Below are positions 14,801 through 26,600 of a stretch of 64,000 bases of DNA, in pieces. The notes beneath the pieces were generated by a model. That model did not search any database. It saw only the letters and a list, made by a program, of their open reading frames with translations, and had not been told where the DNA came from. Position numbers and translations under genes: made by a program. Position 1 is the first letter of the stretch, and each line of letters starts with the position of its first letter. Origin of the DNA: Owenia fusiformis (lineage: Eukaryota); NCBI GenBank assembly GCA_903813345.2, contig CAIIXF020000001.1, positions 30,628,001 through 30,692,000 on the forward strand, given 5' to 3'.

Positions 14801-17800
14801 ATGATTTATGCTTATTTGTATTTCTTAGCTCATGTCCACTACACTCTATAATTTTGTATCAAAGACCACGTTCCAAGTGTTAATATTGACATGTCTCTAT
14901 TATATTAATGTTTTGATTAAATATTAACTTTATGGGTTGGACTTTGCACTTGTATAGAGATATGTTAAACAATGTACATGTATACTTTTGACCTGTATTG
15001 TTGTCTTATGATTCTCCTATGATTTATTACACATACCAGCAGAGCACACATTGCAAATACATATATTTAGTTCATTTGGTTGTTAAATATGGAAAACTAT
15101 AAACTCATATTTGCTGCAGCTGAAGGGAATCTAGAAACTTTGAGTTCTTTGCTAGAAAAGGGAGCTGACCCAGATATTTTTGATGACACTGAGGGTCATA
15201 CAGGACTAATATGTGCCAGTCAAAATGGCCACTTGGATTGTGTCAGTCTTTTATTGGAATTCAAAGCATCAGTTAATCTTGTGGAAAAGCTGCCATTGGT
15301 GTATGGCAGTGGAGATACTGCTCTTATTTGTGCAGCTCGAGAAGGTCACACTGACATAGTCACTGCATTGATTGCAGCAGGAGCTAATCTGGATATCCAG
15401 GGGCTTGCAGGAAAAACTGCATTGATTGCAGCTGCTATAAATAACAATCCAGCATGTGTCGAAGTTCTCCTCATTAACAATGCAGATTATGAAATAAAGA
15501 TGGATAATCAATATAAAAGTGAAGATACTGCATTTGAGCTTGCTATTGCAAATGGCAGCAAGCAGTGTGTTGAAGTCTTCATTAAGCATCAAATGAAATA
15601 TGATGTTACAGTAGCCTTATACACAGCTATAAAGTACAACAGTCAAGATATCTTAGATATATTGCTGAGACATGATGGGGATCCAAATGTGATACACAAA
15701 GATCATTCTCTTTTAGCTCATGCTGTTTTTAAGGCCTGTACTGCTGAAGATCTAAGTGAGTCAAACATGGCCTGTATATCAGCATTATTAAAGGCAGGGG
15801 CAGATCCTAATAAACAAACAAAACACTCTGACTTTACTCTCCCATTGTCTTTGCATGGAGGAATACACACTGAAGTTCTACAGACATTCAGATCCACTTT
15901 GAAAAAGTTCCTAGGGAATTACATGACTAGGTGTATGTACATATTGTCCCCTATATACATTGCTTTACTTTGCTATGCATGTGAACTCCAGGCACGGAAA
16001 CAATTTCTGTTTCCTCCCGACAACAAGGAAATAGGCTTACCAGTTGTTCTGATGTTGCTGAAACACGGGGTGACAATCCTTGAGGTGCCTCGCTGTCCTA
16101 AACATGGTGAAGAAATGTTCTACATCTTACATGCACTGTTGATAATTTTCTACCAAAATCCCAAAATGTATATTGGATTCTTAAATGCAGGAGCAATATA
16201 CCGCTCATGTATAGAACTCCATGTCATCAAAATGAATTTCAGCCCAGACATTTACAATTGCTATAGATTGAATCCAAGAAGTCACATGGCTGTCTTGTTA
16301 CCTGTTCATACTGCATTGTTAAAGCAAATGCTCCCCATGTCTGCTTATAAGGAACAGATTCAACAAATGCTCCATAGATGTAAGAACAAAGACATCAAGA
16401 TTGCTATGGAGGAAGCCATGGCTTGTGTTCCTTCACTGAAAGATGTCACTAGGTGCTCTTTATGGGACACCATGTGGCCAAGAAATGCAACTTTTAGCAA
16501 GCCTGATAGTCCTCAATATGTTGACGTTAAGAATGTGGTAGATCAACTCCCATTGCCAGAACATCTTAAGAGGTACATATTGTACGAAGATTATCAACAA
16601 TTATATGAGGATTTGACTAGTGAAAGCTCAAATCTGTAACTTCAAAAAATTGGGTGTGTCTATTGAGTTCCGGGATAAAGACCCCAAATCATGAGGAAGA
16701 AGAAATCAAGGATCTCACGCATACAAGTCACTTAAGTCATTACTCAAACAAATAATTAATTAACAGGACAATGTTGAGGAATGAAATCTCATAAATTCTT
16801 TTGAAACTATTGAATTAATGCACAATCTAATTAATATATACAGTTACAGGGTTATAAGAGAGTGAAATTATACAAAGGTTTACCTTTGATGGAGATGATC
16901 TTAATCATTCATGCTATTTCATGGAGTTAGCATGAATAACATGAAGTTAGCCCCTCTAAAATTGACAATTGAATAACAAGAAACTATCATAGTTTAAAGT
17001 TGAGCTACTTGTCTTGTAATATGATTGTTCCATTTAGGCCTGGCAATATCTTGGAACAACCCAGGCTGACAATGAGAATGAACCTGCAGCTATTGCAGCC
17101 CTGAGAAAGTGAGTAAATAATCCATAGATTTGAATGAGTGTATCAGAACAATGTATTTTGGGCAATACCTCAGGGGGTTGTGCACAGGGGATCAGAAAAC
17201 AGGAATTTTTGTTAATTATAAGATATTTCTGAAGTATTTTATATAGCGTAATAGTATACTCAAATGAAAGGCAATTTAGAGTAGATTGCAAATATTTTAT
17301 AATTTTTCTGATTCGTGCCACAGCAAATTCAAAATAGCTACGTAAGGGGGAATTTGCTAAAGTATGGTGACATTATACTACATTAGGTCACAAATATTGT
17401 ATTGTCTATGATTTCTGCTGTTGATACTCCTAAATCACCCAAATGCTTAAATTGGTGGAAATTTTGATATATGTCCAGTGATCTCCCCAGCATTAAAGCA
17501 AGTGGGTGCAGCACAAACCTGAGATTTTGAAAACAGGCTTGCACCAACCTGAAAATCCATTTGCACCCACTTGAAAATGAGAAGAATCGTGAAAAATATT
17601 TTGAATTGTGAAATGAGAATTTTGCAATCACTTGACAAAAATCCTGTGGAGAACACTTTATGTCCAATGTGTGTCTTACATCTCTGTTATGTACATGTAC
17701 TAGTTTGTTCTTTCAAGGTTTCATTTAATAGTTAAGTGTTGAACCTGATGATTTACAGGTGTTTGGAGATTGACTCTAAGAACCTCACAGCATTGATGGC

Positions 17801-19530
17801 CCTCAGTGTCAGTTACACAAACGAATCCCTCCAGAGCAAAGCTTGTGAGACTTTGAAGTTATGGCTCGCTAACAACCCCGTCTATGCCCACATAGTCCCA
17901 GGTGGTGCCACCGCAGCTCAAGAACCAATCGTGTCTTCGTTTGTTACCAGGTTTGATAAATGAATGTTTTTTTTTTAACCTCGAATGAATTGTCCAGTTC
18001 CAAGACATTAGACAGCAGTTTTGTATCAAGCACATTGTTTTTAATTAACACGTAATGCCATTGAGAAAAGAATTTGATAAAATATAACAATACATAACAC
18101 TTATTCCATGGACAACATTACAAAATTACTTTCTGATTTCTTGTGTTAGAAATTAGGCTTATGGCTACTACTGTTATATAGACTCGAATTATTGGTTTCT
18201 TATCTGTATCATCTCTGTGTTTATCTAATGTTGCTCTTTGTTCTTTCTGAATATAGTTCAGTACACAATGAGGTGCAAGATTTATACATCAAGGCAGCCA
18301 GAATGTCTCCTGAGGGCACCATAGACCCTGATGTACAGAGTGGCCTGGGGGTGCTCTTCAATCTCTCTGGGGAATATGACAAGGCAGTTGACTGCTTCAA
18401 CGCTGCTCTTCAAGTCAGGCCTAATGTAAGGCACTTTCTCATATATTTCGAACAAATTCAGTATGTAATCTATTTTGTTTAGTGTGAAAATCATTTCCAG
18501 AATACATTTATTCTCCAAAAAGAGTTTGCATTTTCTAAATAGCACCAGGTTACAATTTTACCAAAGAAATTCACCAGTTCAATGAATCTAGCAAAAGTTA
18601 AAATTGAGAAGATGTTGGTTTTTGTGAAATCAATATAGAAAGGTCAGATGATACAAAGAAAGTCTTTGATCTGTCATGGGTCCATTCTTTTTGTGGATAA
18701 TTATCCTTCAATTATCCTTCAACCAGAAGATTTTATAATTAATGTAGTGACTTCTGCTCACAGAGAAAGCAATATAAGTTTAGTTCAGACCATGTTGAAT
18801 GTTTCAGGATCCACTACTGTGGAACAAACTAGGTGCTACACTAGCTAATGGTAATAGAAGTGAAGAGGCAGTTGATGCCTACCACAGGGCCCTTGAGGTG
18901 GCACCAGGCTATATAAGGACGCGCTACAACCTTGGTATCGCCTGTATTAACCTAGGAGCTCATAGGTATCTCCCCTTATTCCTCAACTTGTTTTATTATG
19001 TATTGCCCAAACATTCTACAGATCAAATTATGTAAAGTTTAATCATGCTGATTTAATTTAATTTTGCTGATTTTATTGTTAAAGTGTTGATTACACATTA
19101 GACTGTGTACGGTAATGCTAATCAAGTCAATTTCTTAGTGAATAAAAAAGATTTTTACAAAAATATTCAAAATAATATATCCATCCTTTGATTTTTTCAG
19201 TTTGATCGTTTTTGAGAAAAGTACAAAAAAATTGTATGAATATTAGAATATTAGAAAAATATAGAAACCATGAAAATAAAAAATTAATCCTAATAGGCTA
19301 TAATATTTGCACTTTACTATGTTTCTTTTTTCAGTCAAGCAGTTGAACATTTCCTATCAGCATTGAACATGCAAAGAGAGAGCAAAGGACCATTGGGGGA
19401 GACCTCAGTTATGTCAGATAATGTCTGGTCTACGATGCGTATGGCAATATCAGTACTTGGACGTGCAGACCTTTATAAGGCATGTGACAATAGAGACCTC
19501 GATGCAATTAACCGAGAGTTTAATACATGA
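8821..19530 (+). CDS. PEX5: Peroxisomal targeting signal 1 receptor (peroxin 5), 15 coding exons, 613 aa
   Basis: Exons 8821-8916, 9112-9147, 9326-9361, 9660-9783, 11854-12046, 12331-12463, 12659-12778, 13495-13607, 13912-13972, 14465-14608, 17038-17108, 17759-17950, 18257-18425, 18808-18965, 19335-19530. All introns are GT-AG and the frame is continuous (1842 nt). N-terminus [13 protein letters not shown] has the conserved Cys11. Also present: LVNEF motif, repeated WxxxF/Y motifs, PEX7-binding [17 protein letters not shown], and TPRs ([41 protein letters not shown]). Confidence 0.97.
9866..10470. mobile_element. Inverted-repeat element rich in TCGA/GTCGAC motifs (PEX5 intron 4)
   Basis: ACATGTGACTAGAGCTGGCATCGAAT (about 9880-9906) is inverted against ATTTGATGCCAGCTCTACATGT (about 10440-10461). 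CpG-rich compared with the flanks. Confidence 0.5.
10561..11059. mobile_element. MITE with ~90 bp TIRs (GGCTTTGTAT...ATACAAAGCC), Kolobok-like
   Basis: 10561-10650 is the reverse complement of 10970-11059. TTAA follows the right end; the left TSD is degenerate. Confidence 0.7.
15089..16639 (+). CDS. Intronless ankyrin-repeat and SOCS-box protein (ASB-like), nested in PEX5 intron 10
   Basis: Uninterrupted ORF from first ATG 15089 (516 aa); the frame is open from 15071. About 6-7 ankyrin repeats (e.g. [28 protein letters not shown]). C-terminal SOCS box with BC-box [12 protein letters not shown] and cullin box [12 protein letters not shown]. Confidence 0.9.
   Translation: MENYKLIFAAAEGNLETLSSLLEKGADPDIFDDTEGHTGLICASQNGHLDCVSLLLEFKASVNLVEKLPLVYGSGDTALICAAREGHTDIVTALIAAGANLDIQGLAGKTALIAAAINNNPACVEVLLINNADYEIKMDNQYKSEDTAFELAIANGSKQCVEVFIKHQMKYDVTVALYTAIKYNSQDILDILLRHDGDPNVIHKDHSLLAHAVFKACTAEDLSESNMACISALLKAGADPNKQTKHSDFTLPLSLHGGIHTEVLQTFRSTLKKFLGNYMTRCMYILSPIYIALLCYACELQARKQFLFPPDNKEIGLPVVLMLLKHGVTILEVPRCPKHGEEMFYILHALLIIFYQNPKMYIGFLNAGAIYRSCIELHVIKMNFSPDIYNCYRLNPRSHMAVLLPVHTALLKQMLPMSAYKEQIQQMLHRCKNKDIKIAMEEAMACVPSLKDVTRCSLWDTMWPRNATFSKPDSPQYVDVKNVVDQLPLPEHLKRYILYEDYQQLYEDLTSESSNL
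17480..17590. repeat. Interspersed repeat shared (inverted) with about 45020-45130
   Basis: CTCCCCAGCATTAAAGCAAGTGGG...GCACCCACTTGAAAATGAGAA matches the reverse complement near 45025-45127. Confidence 0.7.
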
Positions 19531-22500
19531 CAAGCTGGATCCAGGGAAATACAGCTAAATCAAAATTGCAGTAATTTTAAACACCGTTTGTTTGAGTACA
19601 GGAACTCAAGGCGCAAACCAGGTCAGACAACACTTCCAGGGGTGCTCAGGCTTATCTTTGAAGATTAGGGGGTTTTCTAAAAACATTTGCTTGAGCATGA
19701 GATTAAATTGTGGAGAGGGAGTAAATAACGCTACAATGATTGGAGATGTACGCCAATAAGGCAAGTCAAATTCAACATCAACTAAGAAATGATCTGTTAA
19801 AGAGATGAATACGCCTCATAAAGAATGTTATGTATAATCCCTTATTTTATGTTAAAAATTGTTGAGATATTATTATGGTCCTCACTGTTTTGTGACGGAG
19901 GGTTGGTATCTTGGGTTCGTCATCTGTAACAAATGGCAGGTAGTGACATTTTCTATGTTAATGCCTTGTTTTTCATTATGTAGGGAACATATATATTAAT
20001 ATCCACATTTCAATTTAGAAAATAGGAAGACATTTTAATTTTAACTACTAATACATGAAATGTAAGGATATTTCATGAAAGATGGTAGTCACATACGCAC
20101 ACACATATGTATTAAGAGTTATATGTAAAATTCAATAGTCAATTTAGCAATATACATAAGAAACTAAAATATCTTGTTTATTTTAAAGTAAGTACTGGGG
20201 AATTGTATATTAATGTATCAGTAATGATGAAAAGCTAAATATTATATATTTCTAATTTTTATATAAATAATGTATAAGAGAGGTTGTTTTAAATTAAAAT
20301 TCTATCTAGTCAATTTATATTCATGTAATTATAATTCTTTGTTAATAATCATAATGTTTGAGGCATTATGGAGCCACAGTGGAGACATGGACCACATTGT
20401 CAACTGACACTTTATATACAGTATAATATTTGTGTGAAAAGTGACTTACATACATCTTTTATTCACAAACTCTTAGAATTATTTAGATCAAACAACATCT
20501 GTTGACAAAATAACATTAAAATTCTCGTGATATATCAGTCTGAGTAAATAATAGTTATGGTACCAATGTATAAAAAATAAATATATAGCCCTATATGTAG
20601 TTTTTGGCAAAAAGGTTTTTCAGATCATGGGACTTATACATTTTGAAATAATTGTTTTGTAATTGTTATTATGTATAAAGAGAACTGGAGTACATTTATT
20701 GTGTCTCTCATTTAGTTCATATGAAAAACAAAACTTATAAAAGCCTTCATCATTTTAAAAATGATACAATATTATGAGTTGTAAATTTACATGATTGTGA
20801 AAATAATAACATGTATGTTCTAAATTTTTAAAATAAACAAACAAAAAATATCTCTTCTTTAATAGCCTACTTATTTATTTTCTCAGGTGCAAATATATTT
20901 ACATGCATCAAAAACAAAGCATTTTAATATGGAATATGGGGAAATGTCCAATGTTGAAACATGTGAAACTAATAGGGTTTTTAACATTCTGCAACCTCTT
21001 TCTAGATCTCAGATTGTACAACTGGCCACCAGGTGGTGTGGATTCAATAACAAGTAAAGAACATGTATTAAAACTCATCAGAAAAAATTGTAAATAAATC
21101 AAATCTGAGAAAGTTCTTGTAAATTTGGTGGGACAAAAGCCTTTTGTGGTGGATTGGAGGATATATAAAGGTCTTGAACCTAAAGAGACTGATTGCAGCT
21201 TGGTCATTTTCTAGATTGCACAAAAATGGAAGTGACCATTAACAACCCCAAATGTATAATATAAACATAGTATTAACATATATATATATATTTCAAGAAA
21301 TGTCATTCATTCCCAAAATATGTTGAATAAAAAGTACAAACAAAATAAAATGCTATATGCAGTATGAGATAATGATTGAAAGAAGATGTACAAAATGAGT
21401 GCCAGTAAGTCCCAGAGATGTAGGAGGCTATTTCATAAAAATAAACAGTTGCTTTAGATACTTGATAATACAAAATGTGCCTAAAATCCAATCCAAATGT
21501 CGGACTGAAGATATTGTACCTTACTGTTTATATCCCACAATATTATATGCGAGCTTCAACTGCTTATGGTACACATTGACATCAAATGCATGAATGATGT
21601 CACATTACAATAAACAATAACACTTAAGTTTGTTCATGACATTCACACACAAAGGGAAACAGATATACAAAAACATTACATCATTACATTAACATGTTAA
21701 TTTTATTTATAGTAAAAGATATGTTCTTACACATTCATTTAATAAATTCAGTCAAAGATTATCATAATCCCATCTAATAAATGGAATGTTATTTATAATG
21801 TCTTACAATTGCACCTTCCCATATCTGACTGCAATTCTGCAATTAATAATTTCACAAAAAATCTATTCAAAATAATGTTCAAATTATTTACTGATTGATG
21901 GAATGAATTCAAGAGGATTGGCATATTCAAAAATACTATAATAATAATAATTAATAAAATGAACAATTAATTGTGTGTTCTATAAATTATTATGTTCCTA
22001 TAAAAAATCTTCTCTAAGTGATGAGAGTAAGTTTGCAGGCTGTAAAGTAGAAATAAGCACCTAGCTCCCTTAGTCCAAGCTCTCTCTCAGGCCCATACCT
22101 AGGCCAAAAATTCTTTCAAATATATGCAGTAAATCACCATTTCAAGCACTTTTCTAGTGATTATGGGCTGACGTGGGCAAATCTGAATCCCCATAAACCT
22201 TTTGAAAACTGGCAAAAGCATTTAATAAGAAAATCCTAAAAATGATAGAAGCTTTGGAATTTACAATCAAGATTTTGTTTCTAAATCATTTAAAATTCTG
22301 TAACCCTGGTTAATTTGGCACCTATTTTAGTTTGGTTATCTATCTTCATTTTTATGAACTGCATAACCAATATGAAATTATACTAAAATGGATGGGAATC
22401 AGGCCAAAACATGTGATTTTAACAGTATGAGCAACATGGCATCTTATCTAAATTCATTGCACTCAAATACTGCAGACATTTACATTTTCAATGTCAAAAT

Positions 22501-22678
22501 AACCAGGATTACAGGATTAGTATTATGCATGTCATTATAAACAGTTCAATTAAATCCCATATATGAATTTACATTTCCAATATACAGATGTTTATGCATT
22601 ATAATAATGTACATGTACAATAATGAGTTTACACAATATCAAACAACAGCAAATAGTATATACTGTATATACATAGAG

Positions 22679-23238
22679 ATTATCCTATATGAGGTTCAGG
22701 ATATTGGGATTATCCAGAGGCCAATATAATATATTTGCCCGAGGGCCGCAGGTCCCAAGGGAAAATATATTATATTGGCCAAGGGATAATCACAATATCC
22801 TGAACCGACTATAGGATAATATGTTTATCCCATATCAATCTTGGTCATCTGGTTCACATTGTTCAGTCGTGGAAATATTTTAGAATATTCATGTTCATAT
22901 TCATGTTTTGTTTACTTGGCCGTGGGCGGATTTCCTGTTCTCTCAAATATTCCCACATTTTTTTCGAATTTTTGATTGATTAAGTGGATGCTCCTTCCCT
23001 TTTTAAACCATCAAACAGATCCCGATTGTCTGTGTTTTCTCCACTGTCGTTTACAGTCATTACGCGAACGTTACAAATTATGAACAAATATGCGAGCGGC
23101 GATTATGACGTAGCGGGCAGATATACTATATCTGCCCGCTTGGAGCGGGACGTAAAGCTATATCTGCCCACTGGTGAAAATATAAGTTTTTACAAACCGG
23201 CTTTATGTAACTGTAACACGTCCAAGTATGGGATAAAT
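22679..23238. mobile_element. Non-autonomous element with a 140 bp hairpin plus short inverted ends (possibly Crypton-like)
   Basis: Palindrome 22679-22820 centred on GCCCGAGGGCCGCAGGTCCCAAGGG, then TTTATCCCATA (22824) ... TATGGGATAAA (23238). Family assignment is by resemblance only. Confidence 0.5.
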
Positions 23239-23632
23239 GTACATACAAACTTTCCCTTTCTTCCCCATGCAGCTCAAGTACTTCATGATCATGAACACAT
23301 TATTTGTTAAATCTAAAACGGCGAAATAGCTATGCTACAGTGGTCTGCAACAGTCAATAATAATCAAAACTTGGTGGCAAATAGATGCCATGCCTCAGGT
23401 TTTCGAATGATACAAGGATATGGTGAGGTCATTTATTTGAAAATGTTTCATGTTAAAAACACTTATACATAGGTGCTGGTTAATTATGAGGTGGATATTG
23501 TGATGTGGATATGGCAGAATTCAAAGAATTTTTTTTCAAATAAATGACCAATTCTCATCTTCATAGTACCAGCTGCTCATTTCAATGTGAATTCTGGTCT
23601 GTACTGGAACAATGTCTGTGTTCTGTTGCATC

Positions 23633-26600
23633 TCAGGGTATAGGGGGCTTCTCAAATGTCTGGTGGGGCTCTGCAGTTTCTACATTGTTAGAGGGTACAG
23701 GTTGGGCTTGATCTATGTTGTCATAGCCACCATGGTGTTGAGGGCTCCCTAGAATAATAGTAAGAATATACAGAATGGTACAGAACACTTAGATACAGTA
23801 CCTGTCATCAAAATGATTTACTAGTATGTTTCTGATGAAGAGGAGAATATGTATGACGCTTAATTATTTTTCAAAATAATCTTTTATAAACTGGTAAAAG
23901 TAGGGCTTGACTTTCAAAAAATGATAACAATTGATGACTTTGTAAGATTCTATACATTACACAGTACATACCAGTAAAAGTAGGCATCCCTGGGATGTTG
24001 AAGTTTGCATAGCTGCCACCCCTATCCTGGTAGATTCGGTATAAAATGAAGCTGGTGATTGGCTTGATGATAAGATTCACTATAGACATACTGAGAGTGG
24101 TCAAGGAGAATTAGATGGAAAATTTAAAACAATTAAACATACAAGATGCCAGTAATCAGGTCCATATTTGGACATAAGGTATAAATTGAATACGATAACG
24201 CAGGAATGCTAAAACTTTAAAGTCCCCGTCTAAAGTTTGAAAATATTTTTTTATCATTCATTTTCTATTTATCAGGACTTAAAAAGTGATTTTAGAGATT
24301 TTTGAACAAAAAAATTTTTTTGAAAAAAAGTTGTGAGCATTTCATTTCTCAAATATTCAAATTTCCCGCCATTTTTCAAAAAAAGTTGAAATTTCTTAAT
24401 CATCAAATATTTCTTAATGCATTTCAAAAAAGATTATATTTTAACACCAATGCAAAGATTGAACAAAAGACACACTATTTCAATAATAAAATGTCATATT
24501 TAATGGGCCACTTCAATGTTTTAGCTTATCAAAAATATTTTGAAACATTAGTGATGTCACTAAGGTAACCAAAACTTTTTGAAAAAAATGTGAATTTTTT
24601 TTTGATGTCAATCTTTTCTAAATATGCTAGACTTTCATAAAAAACCAATGTTGATTGTCTAACCAGGTTAAAAGGAAGAATAAATTATGTTTTAGATATC
24701 ATTGTACCATTGGTTTCTATGAGAACTAAAATTTTGAAATGCATTTTTCTCAGAACCATTTTCATGCACTGATAAGTTCATTTCTCGCTTGTTTATCAAC
24801 CGATTTTCTTAATTTTTTCGGCAAAAAACATGGGAGGATGTATGCTATGTACTGGTATGAATTGTGGCTAATTAGAAGATATGGGTGACCTCTAAAAGTT
24901 GGTTTTAAATAAATTCACAAATTTTGGAACAAAAAGTCTATCAAAAACCACTTTTTGAAATTAAAAAAAAAAGTTTCACATATCACACTTTGATAACATT
25001 GGGTAAGACTACAATATAAGCCAAAGTGGTTTAAACTTTACATGGGGCCTTTAACAAAACAAATTTTAAATTATGAACATATTTAAAATTCAAAGTGATA
25101 GATGATCATGCAACATGATTTCATGAATAAAAAGGTTTGAAGAATATCATTTAAGGTTATTTTCTGTAAATCTTTATTGCCTAAATTAAGGACAAAAACT
25201 GTTTTTGAGTCTTAAAGGTGTTCACTAAAAAAGGTGTTTACATTTAAAGCTTTAACTGTTAAGTCATGATGTGGATTACTCTTTGCATTTGTTCAACTTT
25301 GCGATGATGACTTTGTTAGCACATGTTCCTTCCAGCTCACTAATTGGTTGAGAAAATGTTAGTGTGGTAGGTTTGAAATGAGTTATGATCAGGACTGTCA
25401 TGGGAAATGGTCATGGGGGCAGGGGGGGGGGGCTAATCTGTATAATATAGTCTATACTAGGCAGAGGGAAGTTTATACCTAGGCTAGATGTGGATTTAAT
25501 GTTTAAAAGGATACCCTAAAGAGAACCTGTACTCGTTCTTGAGGTCTTGTGAACCTGAAAATAAATATGTATAAAACATGTCATTTGTGTAGTCAGATGC
25601 TTTAACATGCCACAGTCGCAAGCCTTGTCATAATACCAATATCATTTGAACATACAGGAATGGATGGTAAAAAAATGGCAACCCGGCATTTTCCTCATAT
25701 CTTTGTGATTTGATGAAATTTTTCCCTGATATTTTACACATGTGTACATCATTCAATTTCCTATCGGCCTATTTGACTGCATTCATCAGCAAATATGGCC
25801 TGAATGACACAGATGATCTCCTTCTTGAGGTCTGCAATTGTCCTGAGGTCATTCTGGTACACTTTATCATTTGCATATCCCCACAGGTAGAAGTCTGGTA
25901 CAGACATTTTGGATAACATGTGCAGATTTGCTTTCATTACAATAGTGGACACTGGAGCATGTTGTTTAAAGTTGTTGTTTTTTTTGTTTTTTTATTTTAT
26001 TTATTTTTTATTCCAAAATAATAGAAAGTACAGTTTTCCCCAAAGAATGGATAGTGGGGTTACAAATAAAGGTTTGCCTAAGACGGCGGCATGAACACCT
26101 CATTCTTTTAATTTTTGTATATATGATTTAATATTTTTAATTTCATAGGTTGACTTTTCATAAATACATAGGTGTGCGATTGAATAATATAATGTGTTCC
26201 TCCATAATCTTGGACAATTTTTTTCTTTGCTAATGAGCCATGATTTATAGCTGTTATATGCAAATGTTGATATTATAAGATCAATGACATTTTCATGACT
26301 TCTTTTAAAAATAATATTATTGCCAATAACAATATTTTTCCATGAAATATTAATTTTTAATTTTGAAGAAATATAGATCCACAAGTCTTTTATTTGATCG
26401 CACTCTAAAATAATGTGTTTTAAATTATTTTCAACCTTACAAAAATTGCAAATTTTCGAATCTGCTTTTTTCCACTTAAAAAGATCTATGGAAGATGGAA
26501 GAACATTATGAAATAATTTGAAGTTAAAGTAAGCTACCTTTTTATCAACAATTGCTATAATCTTGTTATTAAAATACCAAGGAGGATTGGCTCCCAGAGT

